Source of the DNA: Fistulifera solaris
Lineage: Eukaryota
Length of the DNA: 64,000 nt
Reading direction: 5' to 3'
NCBI GenBank assembly: GCA_030295235.1
Contig: AP026123.1
Span: 1,798,001-1,862,000 of the forward strand
The notes under the pieces were generated by a model. That model was not told the DNA's origin and did no database searches. It worked only from the letters and a program-made list of their open reading frames with translations. The translations under genes and the position numbers were made by a program. Shown here piece by piece: positions 47,114 to 60,188 of this stretch; the first letter of the stretch is position 1, and every line of letters starts with the position of its first letter.

Positions 47114-48427
47114 TTAGATGCGCTGTCGTTTCGCCCCCTGCTCTTCGTTCCGATGGGGACTTCCCGAGTAGACATCGTTGTGTCCCTCCGCCGCGTGCGG
47201 TTGCGGGTGTCCACCTGGTTCATGCCCCCCAATGGGATGGTTCGGGGCATAACCCCGCCGGTGCGTAATACAACCCCACGCCGCCGGCGGGTGACATTCG
47301 GTGCCATGGTCTCCCGGTCCATTCGGTGCAAATGATGCCCATTCCTGGCGCTTACCAAATTGCTGCTGTTGCTGCTGCATTTGAAAGAAATATTGTTGCC
47401 GTGACTGCAGGGCATTTTGGTGCTGCTGCGCGGCATAACTGGCATTGTGATTGTAATACGCCATATTCGGATCCATACCCGGTATTGCCATCCCTGGAAC
47501 GAACTGCTGTGTCTCGGTTTGCATTTGGCCAGGGAACGGAGCATTTTCGGAAGAGTCGTACTCCGACAGTTCTAGCCAGTGCACGGATATCCCACGACAG
47601 GATAGTTTGACCAAAAGGTTCGACTTTCCGCAATATCGTTAATGTCGTCGCCTGGATCCCCATTGTCACTATTGATTGTCAGAACGGTTTGATCATCACG
47701 AGCACTCTTGTCGTCTTCCTTTTCTTCTGACTCTTTTGGTGTCTCGTCTTCGCCAGCCTTATCCTCGGCTGGTGCCTTTTCTTCTTCTTCTCCTGTTACT
47801 TCTTCCACCTGCTGACTCTTCTTTTCTTCTTTCACGACTTCACCGGTTTCCTTGTCGTCGTCGTCGACCAAACTCGAGGGATCCGCGACGACGGTCGACG
47901 GATCGGCAACTTCGAGAGAGGATAAGAGGACATAGACCGTACACCACGGCAGTAATCGATGTTTGTGTCGCTCACGACAAAAACTCCGTGTGCGATTGGT
48001 GCGCTTGCAGGCGGCACAGACCGGTGTTTTGGAGCCACCAAACGGCTGTTTGACACAGTAGGGTTGCCATTGCACCATCCGGACGGTCAAGGGTTTGTCC
48101 GTGTACTTTCCATTTTCATCGAGGCACGAATCATCGATCGTTACACAAATGTAGGCGGTCGTCCACGGGGGTGCCGTATGATTGTTCCGAACACGACACA
48201 TATCTCGGGTTTTAAAATTTTTCTTGCATTTTTCACAGACGGCCAGCCGTGAATCAGGGAATTTCACGTTGAGTTGTTGCTTGAAACCGGGAAGAACAAA
48301 GGATAATGTATTCTGATTGAATCGAAAGAAAAAAAAACACTATGAGTGAGGTAAACCAAGCTATGAGGAGTCGTTTCGTGTGGGTAGGGTCACTTACTCC
48401 GTGTGATGTTGCCTGGGGATACATCAT
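47114..48427 (-). CDS. Hypothetical protein with two C-x2-C-x9-C-x5-H-x3-PW motifs, acidic middle and Gln-rich tail; 2 exons; frameshift ~47613
   Basis: Exon 1 MMYPQATSHG, intron ~48313-48397; CEKCKKNFKTRDMCRVRNNHTAPPW and CAACKRTNRTRSFCRERHKHRLLPW. Confidence 0.7.
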
Positions 48428-49338
48428 TTGCTAACGAGAATGTATACAACTGTGTGAGAAGCTGTTCGTTAAGGTAACGTGTGCTCAATCGCTTTCACCG
48501 GGGATAAACTTGTGTTCAGCGAGGGTCAACTCGCTCGGGACAAGACACAAAGGGTCATCTTGGACACCAGGTAAACGCACGAGGATCGGAGGAGTCCCTC
48601 TGTAACTTCCACAGCGACATAAATGACATAATTCCGCAACGTATCATTGAAAAAGATTCTTCTTTCGGCCACACAAGCGCATTTTATTCTGAAATACAAA
48701 TTGTTTTTCACACCGTCGGTCGGATGTTTTTTCGACTTATTTCGGCTTACCTTGGAATCCGTTCGATAGGTTGAATAAGGAGGTAAGTTTGCCATTGTAA
48801 ATTATTAGAAGTAACTTGTAGCGGAAGAGATCTTAGACATATTCAAGAAGAAAGAGCTATGTGGTTGGTTCCTTCATCGTCGTCGCGTTGCTTCGTCTCT
48901 CTCCCGTCGGCTCTCGGGAAAAGAGGCGTTGACCGACGACGAGGAGAAAGCGACGTGTGTCGTTGTTGCAGTTGAAAAACCCTCTGGGACCGGTACTCAT
49001 AACGTTTAAACAAATTGAAGAAAAGGTCATCTACTAACTTTACTCCGTATAACATATAGTTCATCGAGTCTTGGTTTCATACTTAGGCAGTCCTGCATAA
49101 GTCTCTACTTTTCGTTTATGTCCAGCTCGTGGCATGACCGTTGAGAGCCACTCGTGACTGCACAAGTCGCGGATCCGCGGAGGGAAAGGGCCGACGAAAA
49201 AAGCGTTCCACAAGAATGACGACGAGCACAAACGCGTGCTGAGAAACTAAACCTTACAACATTACCAGGGAAGTCGTTATAATTGTTTTCCTTCTTTATG
49301 GAAACACTCACAAAATAAGGAGTGAAGCGATCGTAACT

Positions 49339-49908
49339 ATGAGATCGCTTGTATATATTATTGTGTTCTTCTGCTTCGCAACAGCGCCCCTTGCGGATGG
49401 TTTTGTCGTGACGTTGCGTCAACAACAGGCACGAATATTAAGAACACGGCAATACGCCTTACAGAAGAATGAAGATGAAATATTACTCCGCGTCAAACTG
49501 GGAGTTCGGGAAGGTCACACGGTAGCCGCAGCCAAGCAGCGACTGGCGCAATACAGTCAATCCTTTCCCTTTTCTGCCGTCTTACCCGTCCAACCACTGA
49601 TGTACGTGCCGACGGAAGACGATGATGGTGTCGAAGTGACATTTTTGCGCAAGAAAACCGACATCAAATCGGGCATGGAAGGTGGGATTCGTTTTTCGAT
49701 TGAAGAAACCGAAGATCACTCTTTGGAGGTCACGGCGGTGCGGAATTCGGAAGGACAGACCATTCCCAAACTCGTAGCGGAACGCTTGATCATAACGTCG
49801 TTTGTCAAAGGTATCAAAGGAGAAGAAGAAAACAAATACGGAACACCTCCCACCGATGTGGTCGGTATCCAAAGCATATTTCACAAGTGGATGGACAGCG
49901 GGAACTAA
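49339..49908 (+). CDS. Plastid-targeted hypothetical protein
   Basis: Signal peptide plus ADG-FVV site; intact 189-aa ORF. Confidence 0.6.
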   Translation: MRSLVYIIVFFCFATAPLADGFVVTLRQQQARILRTRQYALQKNEDEILLRVKLGVREGHTVAAAKQRLAQYSQSFPFSAVLPVQPLMYVPTEDDDGVEVTFLRKKTDIKSGMEGGIRFSIEETEDHSLEVTAVRNSEGQTIPKLVAERLIITSFVKGIKGEEENKYGTPPTDVVGIQSIFHKWMDSGN

Positions 49909-50367
49909 ATCGGCACTACCCCATCTCTTGGATTGTGAGACAAGTCTAGATAGTTATTCACATCCTCTTCCTTGATTGTTATACATGAAATCATGTAGAT
50001 TCAACGAATTCACTTTCAATGCGGTCCGTTTCCGTTCATTCGAATAAAGATGGAAGGATGAGATAGGATGCCAGTTCTAAAACTCGATGTAGTTAGTAGT
50101 CTCCGCCGTGGTTGGTCGATACAGGGACCAGCTTCACTGCTATTCTTCGAAAATGGATGTAAATTTCAATTCACTACCCTGGAACGAAGTATAAAATAGT
50201 CCACTCTTTTCAAATCCTCTCGAACTCCCTGAATTCAAACGGAACACACTGGCTCCTTCCACCGGTCAAAAAAAATTGCCCCAGCACACAATACAACACG
50301 ATAACGACCATGATGGATGACATTCAACACAAAATGAGGGATGAACATGGTTTCTTTTTAATTTTCT

Positions 50368-50652
50368 TTACGCCGACTCGGCTTGCATCTTGCGCAGACG
50401 TCCAATCGTAGAACGTACGGTGACGGCGGACGGCGTCGCCAACGTGTACGCCCCACCGGCGACGACTTTACGACACGTTTTGCATTCCCAAATGCCGACA
50501 CAAGTTCGCTTGACGTTGTCTTTTCCACAAAAGGCACAATGATACGTGCTGTGTTGACTGATTTCGATCTTCTTGACCAACTTTCGGAGTGTACTACCGT
50601 AACGCGTACCGTACTTTCCGGTGATTCCGACTTTTTTGGTGCGTTTTCCCAT
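50368..50652 (-). CDS. RPL37A: 60S ribosomal protein L37a (eL43)
   Basis: [23 protein letters not shown]4 zinc finger CAFC...CKTC, AGGAY. Confidence 0.97.
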   Translation of the reverse strand: MGKRTKKVGITGKYGTRYGSTLRKLVKKIEISQHSTYHCAFCGKDNVKRTCVGIWECKTCRKVVAGGAYTLATPSAVTVRSTIGRLRKMQAESA

Positions 50653-51266
50653 TTTGTGTTATTTTATATAGAAGGTTCTAATGAAAAAAAAGAAAAAAGG
50701 AATGGTTAGAACATACTGCTGGAACACCAACGATAAATCCAGAACAACCGCCATCATCCAACGACGATGCACATTCTGGCGGAGTGAAGCCGCACCACTC
50801 GAAACTAGAGGGAAACAAAGGCGCAATACGATGTTGATTATTGCGAATCATCTTGACCATTCTTCCGTCATCGTACCTTTCAGTAATGGATCTGATCGTC
50901 AACAGATGCAACAGAGGACTCTTGTTTTTCCTTTCTCTTGCCCCACTATGTTGGGCAACACGGATGCGGTCAAGTAAGCCGGAAAGAGGTAAACCAGGTT
51001 GAGTACCGACTCGGTACTCTAAGTTTTATATCACATCATTGTGTCGAAACGGTTGTCATGACATAAACAAGGTTTCCCTACCGGTACCGGTGTGAGACTC
51101 CTTCATTTTTCTCGAAACATAGACGCCGAGCAACCGCAAGAATGAATACTACGTAGAAGATGATGACAACAACAACATCATCACAACCATTTGATTATCA
51201 TCATTATTTTGTGTCATTCGTTCCGCTTTTTCAACAACCATACATTCTAAGCAACTCGACTGCATC

Positions 51267-52570
51267 ATGTGTATCAGTAACGACACGAATGACCCCGCGT
51301 TGACGATAATGGTGTGGCAAGAAGACAGTCCCTGGCCCGATGTCCTCACGAAAGAGTCCTTGCAGCGCATTGCCCGTCATCAGTATCGATCGGGTGTGTA
51401 CACGTGGCTCGACAATCTTTGCAATCCGCTCTGGACGGCTTTGACAGAATGTTTGCCATCCAGGATGGCGCCCAATTTGGTCACACTACTGGGTGCCATG
51501 AGTTGTCTCGTGTCGTACGCGGGGACGTGGTACTATGCTCCCACCGCGACCGAAGCCTTACCGGCCGTATGGTTGATTGTCAATGGTATTTTGCTCATCA
51601 CAGCCTACACACTGGATTGTATGGATGGCAAACAAGCCCGACGCACCCAAACATCGTCGCCGTTGGGCCAGTTGCTCGATCACGGTTTGGATTGTTTGTG
51701 TTTACTGGCCCATGTAGCGGCCGTCCAAGGGTGGTTGCGGGCCGGTGATTCTCTCCAATTACAAATGATTGTGCAATCGACGTTTTATTTGGCGCAATGG
51801 GAAGAATATTTTACCGGGATTCTTCCGCACGGGACGGGGCCGATTGGTGTCACGGAAGTCAATTATGGACTCGCTTTCCTCAGTATTTTGTTTGGAACTG
51901 TGTGGAAAGACGCTACGACAAATCCCGACCGGGGTCCGTTCGATGATGCCTTGGCACCGTATGTGCAAATAATGCTGGAAAACGAATGGTTGCCGGCGAA
52001 ACTATTGAATGGACTAGGAGGGTCACCAGCGTTACTTGATGCCATTGCCGATTGGCAAATCAAGGACGCCATGCTCTTGCCTGGTTTTTGTTGACCGTAA
52101 CATTGTGTTCGTTGTCCATGATGCGTGTCGCGGTTCACCTAAAGTCCTGGAAGAACACACTCCGGGCGTTTCTGCAATTGATCACCCCCCTACTGATTGT
52201 GACCTTGGCATTGTTGGACGAATTCCCCACCGATCACAATTCTCCTCCCGTTCATCAAGCGATTCGATGGAAAAGTTTCGCCGTCGGTTTACTCTATTGT
52301 TATATGACCATCAAAGTCATTGTCTTTTCCATGTCCCGACAATCCATTGCGATCGTGCAGCTCGACGTCCTGCCGTTGTTAATGGCGGTGGGAGTGTCCC
52401 GGTATGATCCACGATTAACCGCCGAAGGACACGTCCTGCTGTGGCAAGGCTTATCTTTGTGGTGGGGACTCCAGTTGTGGAATTGGGCTGCTACGGCATC
52501 GAGGCAAATCTGTTCGACCTTGGGCATTCAAATGTTCACCATTCCACCCATCACACGGACCGAAATATAG
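51267..52570 (+). CDS. CDP-alcohol phosphatidyltransferase (choline/ethanolamine phosphotransferase-like), frameshift ~52075
   Basis: APNLVTL, LDCMDGKQARRTQTSSPLGQLLDHGLD signature, AQWEEY, ICSTLGI. Confidence 0.88.
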
Positions 52571-52760
52571 AGGCGAGCATGACTATAGGACCGCTTTTTA
52601 TAGTATCATCTTCCATAAGTAAAGACCACTTTGACTTGCCATAAGTAGAGACGACTTTGACTTGGTTTAAACCTTCATTTATTACTTACTAAAATAATAG
52701 TTGATTTTTGATAGTCATTTTTATTCGTTGTTCGAGTTGAAAGGATGGGATGGTCAATGA

Positions 52761-55700
52761 TTAACCGGTAACAAGGCCAATCGTTTTGATACCAACGGCA
52801 CAAAATCCGCAGGTGACACAGATTGTGTTCTTCATAGACTCGTCGTACTTGGATTCACAATAAGAACATTCAATACCTTGGTCGGCGTAGATGGGCACAA
52901 GCTTCTGGCAATCGATGGAAAAGGTCTTGGTTTCGTCATAATTGAGTTGGTGCTCATTGCGCGCCATCTGTTCACTCTTCTGCAGAACCTTGGTAGCCTT
53001 GCCTCGGAGCTCGGCGTTTCGCTCACTCGCCATGTCCGGCAGTTCGAGTAAGCGTCGGGCAAAGCTGGCGGCCACGATAAAGTTCTTATGCTTGAATGCG
53101 GTACCCATGGCGGCTCGGAGTGCCAGTAGTAAATGGACGGACTGCAAGTTGCAATGGGTGAAATAGGCCGACAGCTCTGTGGCGCGAACAGGATCTTCAC
53201 CCGCTTCCGCGATGGCAGCCTTGAGTCGAATCGCCGTAATGTACTCTCGGCAGATGGAGAGCATGGCTTTCATCTCATTCGCTTCGGCACGATTGTCGGT
53301 CACAACGAGGGGAATCTGAGTAAGAACTGTTCCAAACGCACCCTTGGCGTCGTTGAACTTGCCACCTTGGAAAAATCGATAACCATTCTTGATTCCAGCA
53401 ACAAGATCTTGTACCTTGAGTGGTGTACGAGGCAGGCTACCAGCACCTGGGTGACCCGATCGGTCATTTCGCATCAAAGGCAACGAAATAGACGGACAGC
53501 CAGGGATGCCTGGCATGCTTGCCGTTGCACCCAAATAGCAAGATATCATACTTGGCTTTAACAAACTGAAATCGCTCGCAGCAATCTGACGGTTCAAAAG
53601 TTGCAAACCAGAAGAAGCAGCTCCAGCGGCAAGGTGATCAGCGGCATGTGAGCTGTTGGCAGCCCAGCACCCAGCTGCCGGTCTTCCTGCGGCGGGCATG
53701 ACAAAGGCACCCGATTCGCCACCCACATCCGATAATCCCGCCATCTCGTGGTCCGCAGCAGCGTGACTGGGCTCGCCATCGTCGAGGCCGTCGAGATCAT
53801 CACCCCAGTCTCCCATGTCATCGCCGAAATCAAAGTCATCTGCGGCAATAGCAGCCGAGCCTGAAACACCACCAGCATCGTCGTCTCCCCCAGTCATCAG
53901 CGCCAAGATCCATGTTTGCGCCGGCAGGAGACGCGTCATGGTATTCCTCCATTCCACCTTCTTCTTCGGGAGAGGATGTCAAATCTTCGAGCGTGGTCTT
54001 CGCCACCTCCAAGGTGGGCCAGTTATCGGCACGGATAATGGGCGTGGGTGGCTGCAACAAATGGCCCGTAGTTCGTGCCCCGGTCGAAGCGACCTTTTCC
54101 ATCAAACCTTCCACCGTTCCATTGTTTGTCTCAATGGCAATCTTGATCCGTTCCGCGTCTTCCGTAAGACCATGCATCATCGCACTAATATACGCCAGTG
54201 GCAAGTTCCCACTCTCTTCCAAGACTTTCACGCGTTCGGAAGCATCACCGAGCAACAAAGCATTGTGGTATCGGCCCATAATATCGTTGCGCATCTGTGA
54301 GATCTTGAGCATCTTCCGAAGTTTGTCAGTCGATCCCGAAATCAAATACAAGAAGGATAAACGATCAAAGTCTTTCGTTCTCTGATAACTCATTTCCACC
54401 ACTTGATGATTTCCTTGTCGCAGTGCCTCACTGCCCAATTCGCCCCACACTTGACGCCCACCATCGCCACCACCTTGTTGCTGCTCCAACGTAAAGGCAC
54501 TGGCCATGGCCGCTTCAATGTTGCCACAGGCCAACGCCAATCGGAACCGAGTATGCGGCTCGCGCACGAAATGCAACGCCACCTCGGGAAAGCCCTTGGA
54601 TTGCAGGTACGCCACAATGGCGCGGCCACACAGACGCGACTGTCGGACCATTTGCATGACCAGACCGTACTTTTTGGTGGCCAAGGCCAATTTGAAACGT
54701 GCCTCGGTCGTGTCGATACTGATCATACGTGGACGCGCTTCGCGGTCCAAACAGAACAACTGGTCCTTGATGGCGCGGGTCGCATACACGGGTTGATCCA
54801 ACGTGCGGATCGTTCCCGTGTCGCCCGACGGAAGACAGTATTTGACATGATGCAACGTCGTGTAAATGAACAGCTCGGAGGCTGTCCCACCCGACGGAGA
54901 AACATCCCAAGCACCGGATTTGATGCGCACATTGTCCGAAATGCTGCACAGCTGTTCGAGTTGTCGGTTGGCAATGACGACACCGTACTTGCACAGAATG
55001 GCCACTTTGCTGCCATCGGGACTCCACACCACGGATTTGATTTTGGGTGCCGTGAGTTCTCCCAACACGCGTCGCGACTGCACTTCAAAGAGAATGGCCC
55101 GATCTTCGGCGCGGAGCAAGACGCGTCCCGAAGCACCACCATCCAGCAATCCTTCGACGGTCGGAACCGGTGGTTGCACTTTCTTGGTGGTTTCATTCTG
55201 CAAGTTCTTAATGACAATCTGACGTTGACGATCCAAAATCGCAAATCGATTTTGTCCCAAAAAGACGCCGGGTCCCAAACACGAACCCCGCTTGCCATCC
55301 GTGACACTGCCACTGGCGTTGCCCAACGCAAAGGTCACCAATTCGTACGAACCACCATCGACGTCGGTGGTGACCAAGATATTGCCTTCACTGGGATTGT
55401 GGTGATTGTACGTCAAGTAACGTGGTGCACTGCCAATGCCGTCCGTTTGGGCCTGTTGTCCCATCCGACGCAAACTCGCAATGGGGACATCGACGTTGCG
55501 GGTCAAATCGTGGAAGAAAAGTTCCCGGCCCCGGACATAATACAGACTATTGTTGGGCGCGGAACATGCCGCGGGACGCTCTCGTTCCAACTTGAAAACA
55601 ATCATGCCACTGTCGTGACCGGCCGCAAGCAGATTTTGGGATTTGTGAGCGGCCAAAATCCAGAATCGATCGCCTTCCCGACGAAAGGTTTGGACGCCGA

Positions 55701-56656
55701 CCCGTTTGCTGACATCCCACACGCGGATGGAACGATCTTCCGAGTTGGAGACCACGAGGTCGTGCTTGGGATGAAAGAGACAGCAGGAAACATTGTTCGC
55801 GTGTCCCCGGAGCGTATCGACTTCCCACGCTTTGGTTTCACTCATGCGCCACAATTTGACTTGCCGATCATCGGCGGCAGAGGCGAGTAGCGGCAGAGTG
55901 GGATGGAAGGACGCCCAATTGACACCGCGATCGTGTCCCTCCAATACGTATTTGACGACCACATCGTTGGTTCCGAACAATTCGGCTTGTACATTGATTG
56001 ATTGGGAAGTCGGTTTGTTGCGAGAAATGCCGGCGTGTTCCAAGGCTTCGCCCATTTGTTTCTTCCGCAATCCGGCGGTATCCCAAACACGGACCGTCTG
56101 ATCCAAGGAAGCGGAAACAATCAAATCATCCGTCGGATGAAAGGTCGCACACATGACGTAATGATTGTGCCCCGTCAAGACGGACAAACAAGTCCGACGG
56201 GCAAAATCCCACAATCGCAAGGTCTGATCATCGGATGCCGACAAAATCCACGGATATTGTGCCGCATTGGGATGAAATTGGACCGTTCGGATGTAATCGA
56301 GATGTCCCAACAGGGTAAAAAGACAACGACGGAGTTTGTAATCCCAAACTTTGATTTTGTAGTCATCTCCACCGGACACCAACAAGGGTTCCGTAAAATG
56401 AAAATCCACACCGCGGACGGGTCCATCGTGTTCTTCGAAACGATCAATGACCGTTCCGACGCGGTAATCCCACCTGTAATGTCGTGTGAGTTAGTACTTA
56501 TAGAGAAACGAAACGCTAACGCGTCTTAATAACAACAAGAAGAAGAACGTACAGTTGAATGACTCCATTGTGCAAGGACGCACAAATCCAGGGTCGTACG
56601 GGATGAAACGCCAAACCCTTGACGCGGGCTGATTTTGATTCAAATTTCGTTAACAT
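52761..56656 (-). CDS. COPA: Coatomer subunit alpha (alpha-COP), 2 exons (intron 56474-56552), frameshift in C5 at 53887-53891
   Basis: [21 protein letters not shown]40 repeats, [32 protein letters not shown]-terminal CSYC/CVTC. Confidence 0.97.
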
Positions 56657-56990
56657 AGGAAGAGAAAGAAAAGAAGAAGAGCTTTCGTTGTATTTTTATT
56701 TTATTTCTCTTTCGCCTCTCGTTGTGTTGCAAAAGCAGCGTCAAAAAGATCGATCGGCTGCCGCGACGATGACCGCCGTGCGCCGCGCGTGTTGCCGTTG
56801 TGTCGTACAGTGGCTACCGGTACGACTTTATTACATGTTTTCAACTAGCAACTTGAATAAGCCGACGAAAAAGCCGATCGTTGCCATTCTGGAACAAACA
56901 AAAAAAACAGTCTTCCTTATCCATGGCCATTCTTATTCGTCAATTGGCTAATCAACATTCTTTTATATTGTTGTATTCATCATACCCATC

Positions 56991-57517
56991 ATGTTCACAC
57001 AAATGTCATTGCGCCTGATCCTTACGATTTCCTTCGGGTGCTGGCAACTCCACGCTTGGAATCTGCCGAATCATCATCATCATCATCATCCTCCCTCGCA
57101 TCATCCTTGCACGCGACGCGGATTTGGTGAGACGTTCGTGGTAGTTGGCACACTTCTCACGACGACGCCCGCTCTCGCGGAAGAAGACGCATTCGATGCC
57201 GTCCGCCGCGAATTGTATAGCAGTGACGGTGGCGTGGCGTATATGCAACGCTGTTTGGACCAAAACGATTTTACTGCATTGCTCGAATTCACCAAAACGT
57301 ACGATCAAGTCTTGCGGAAAGGTGCCATGGGTCAAGCCAAAAAATCTCTGCTGACGGAAAAGAAACAGCGACACAATACAGCAATGCCGTGACATTTGAT
57401 TTGATTGGCATCAATCGGAGTAGTCGTCCCGGCAAAGAAAATGCGTCCGATGCGGCCAAGTATTTACAGGAATTGCGAGAGGATGTGCAGCGATTTCTGG
57501 AATTGGAAGGAAAATAG
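56991..57517 (+). CDS. Probable thylakoid-lumen protein (signal peptide + twin-Arg Tat signal), frameshift ~57360
   Basis: LHA-W site, TRRGFG...PALA|EEDAF; continues in another frame ATQYSNAVTFDLIGINRSSR...LEGK*. Confidence 0.6.
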
Positions 57518-57768
57518 GGGCCTGGGCGGCAGTCGACGAAACGACGGACGATTTGATGATGGGTGTATGAAATATGCTAGATAAATAAATGAAATGCAAC
57601 AGATATCTTGACAAGCTTGCGGATCACTCTGAGTTATCATCTAATAGGAGACTCGCTCTGTCGGTATCTTTAGCTAGAGTTGTTCTTCGGCAGTTGACCA
57701 GTTGACGACGACTCGTGACTTGTTTTTGAGAAGGGGTGATGACACGGGTGATGATACGGTTGACCTTG

Positions 57769-57978
57769 TGACGTCATAATAGCCAGGGCTGTAGAAGCGG
57801 CGTGTCGCGTGGTTCATAGCACGAACGTCATAGCACTCTGACGTCCGATGTGATACAATTCAATCGACAGTCACCAAATTGATCTGGTACTCAATTGGTT
57901 CGCATTCGTAACGAGCTTTCAGAACCCCAACGACACACGTCGTGCGCACTCTAAGAACCGATTGTACCTGCATGACGT
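57769..57978. promoter_or_regulatory. Cluster of TGACGT/TGACGTCA sites upstream of the sigma factor gene
   Basis: TGACGTCA 57769-57776, ACGTCA 57825-57830, TGACGT 57839-57844 and 57973-57978. Confidence 0.4.
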
Positions 57979-58204
57979 CTTTCTTTCCGCTCCGCGGAGA
58001 TCCGCCGCCCTTTCTCTGCATACGCACGCACTTACCGCGAAATGGCCGATGGTCGAGCAAAAACATGCAGCCACCACGCAAATGCACGCTTTCGACGACA
58101 AGAAGATCAAAACAAAAAGACACCCAAATCCAGAGCATTTATTTATTCATTTGCCTTTTACTTCTTGTACAAACTTATTACTCCGTAGGAAAGCGACAGC
58201 CATC

Positions 58205-59608
58205 ATGAAAGTCCCTTCTGTCTTCCTGACGACACTCATGTTGCTTTGGAAGGAACACGTTCATTCCTTTGCCCCTCACAATTCTCATCCGTCCGAGCAA
58301 CGATCCGATTTGCATTACACATCTGCGGCTTCTCCCCCGGAATTGACGACGCGACGGAAACCACTTCTATCGCGACGAAGGAGACAGTTGCAAGTGGAAC
58401 AATTGGAACGACAATACCGGAGCGCTCCGGCCTATCACCACCCGACGGTGCCTCCGGCGGCACCACCGCGTCACGAAAACGCCAGTCGCGAGTCATTGCA
58501 ATCATCGTCAAAACGCGATGTTTCCGCCGATATTTACACAAAAACATCCGGTCTCACGCGAGAAGAGGAAGTACTGTATGCGTTCCGAATTCAAACCTTT
58601 CGGGCGGCCATGAAAGTTAGAGACGAATTGGTCAAGAATAATGACAATGTCTACGAATTTCACGAACGATCGCCGACCGAAGCAAACTGGGCGGAAGCTT
58701 GCGGCGTGTCCGTCGAAAATTTGAGAAAACTATTGGAGGAAGGTCAGAGCGCACGCGAAGCGGTGGTGGCGGCCAATATTGGCTTGGTGACGAGCATCGC
58801 CAAACGCCATTATGCCGCATTGAAATCATCGACCGCGGAAAGCGGCGGTGTGGGGACCATCTTAACCATCCAAGATATGGTTCAGGAAGGAACCCTAGGC
58901 CTTATGGAGGCGGTGGAACGATATAAGCCGGAGAAAGGGTTCCGGTTTAGTACCTACGCGACGTGGTGGGTCAAACAGCGAATTCTTCGTTCCATCTTGG
59001 ACTCCTCTAGAACAATTCGACTTCCTGCTCATGTGCACGCCATGCTTCAAAAGATGAGGAAGGCTAAAATGGAGTTTAAAGAACAAACGGGTCGGGAACC
59101 GACGACACCCGAGTTGGCGCATCATTTGGACGTTCCGCTGAAGAAGATTCAATTGTATGCAGAATCAAGTCGCAATGTGTTAAGTCTCGAAAAGCCACTC
59201 AAAACAACATCATTTAAAGAGGACTCAAGAACACTCGGTGACACACTTGCTTCCGAAGGCCCGACGCCAGAAGAAGACGTCGAAGCCGACTACCTGCGCC
59301 GTGATATTCGTGCTGTGATGGAAACGTCTTTGGCAGCTTCCGAGCGAGAAGTCATCATTAACCGATACGGTTTGGACGACGGTAATCCTAGGACCGTAGC
59401 CGAAACAGCGGACTCTCTGGGTCTCACTGTTGACAGAGTACGGCTGGTCGAAGCCAGAGCATTAAACAAACTTCGCCATCCCCAGCGCAGCTACAAGTTG
59501 AAGGAGTACATCAATAAGGATGAGGCCGCACTACCCGCGCCCAGGAGCCACCCCAACCGTCCCAAACCCCATGAGCCGCAAGACCAGAACCGAATATGGT
59601 TCTTTTAA
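58205..59608 (+). CDS. Nuclear-encoded plastid RNA polymerase sigma-70 factor
   Basis: Signal peptide plus VHS-FAP; ANIGLVTSIAK, DMVQEG.LGL..AVE.Y.PEKGFRFSTYATWW, RTIRLP.H, region 4 RVRLVEARALNKLRHP. Confidence 0.93.
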   Translation: MKVPSVFLTTLMLLWKEHVHSFAPHNSHPSEQRSDLHYTSAASPPELTTRRKPLLSRRRRQLQVEQLERQYRSAPAYHHPTVPPAAPPRHENASRESLQSSSKRDVSADIYTKTSGLTREEEVLYAFRIQTFRAAMKVRDELVKNNDNVYEFHERSPTEANWAEACGVSVENLRKLLEEGQSAREAVVAANIGLVTSIAKRHYAALKSSTAESGGVGTILTIQDMVQEGTLGLMEAVERYKPEKGFRFSTYATWWVKQRILRSILDSSRTIRLPAHVHAMLQKMRKAKMEFKEQTGREPTTPELAHHLDVPLKKIQLYAESSRNVLSLEKPLKTTSFKEDSRTLGDTLASEGPTPEEDVEADYLRRDIRAVMETSLAASEREVIINRYGLDDGNPRTVAETADSLGLTVDRVRLVEARALNKLRHPQRSYKLKEYINKDEAALPAPRSHPNRPKPHEPQDQNRIWFF

Positions 59609-60188
59609 TAAAAGGAGTCAGTTTCCCGACGACGGGCTGTAATAACAGATACAAGAGCGGCGTCTTTTGTGTTCGAATGAACCAGCATCATTAGCTTCGC
59701 ATATATATCATTGTAAATTCTACCTCCGCACAGCGCTTAATGATTCGCTAAATGAAAATAACACTTAGTAGCACAAAGGTTCCGACAATTGCAGACGACT
59801 CTGTATTCTATTATTGTATCTGTATTTGACTATCGCCTTCTATCAGGCTCATCGGCAGGTCTTTTTTGGGATCATCAACACGCTTTGTGAGGCTTGCAGC
59901 AGGGTGACCCGGACCACGCAATGAAACTGGCTCAGAACAAATGCGGGCTTGTGCACAAGAAATTTCGGATCCGGCAACGGCATTTCAAATTCTAAATACT
60001 ATTTTAAACGATAATGTGAGTTTTATAAAACAGTCAGAAGAAGTTCATACGGTTCCAACAAAGCACGTTGTTCATAAAGTCACACAAGTCAATATTTATA
60101 TTAACTGTTTTAGCATGTTAGCTAGACTGTAAGGTAGCCGTCCTCGGATGCAGAAATTTTCCTGAACCAGTAACAACATTATTTCTCT

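Noticed and set aside
51001..51019. Hairpin GAGTACCGA-C-TCGGTACTC in the RPL37A/phosphotransferase promoter
   Set aside because: A single 9-bp-arm inverted repeat is compatible with chance; no TSD or second copy seen.
39436..56656. Vesicle-coat gene cluster (clathrin plus alpha-COP)
   Set aside because: Separated by five unrelated genes; no sign of shared regulation.
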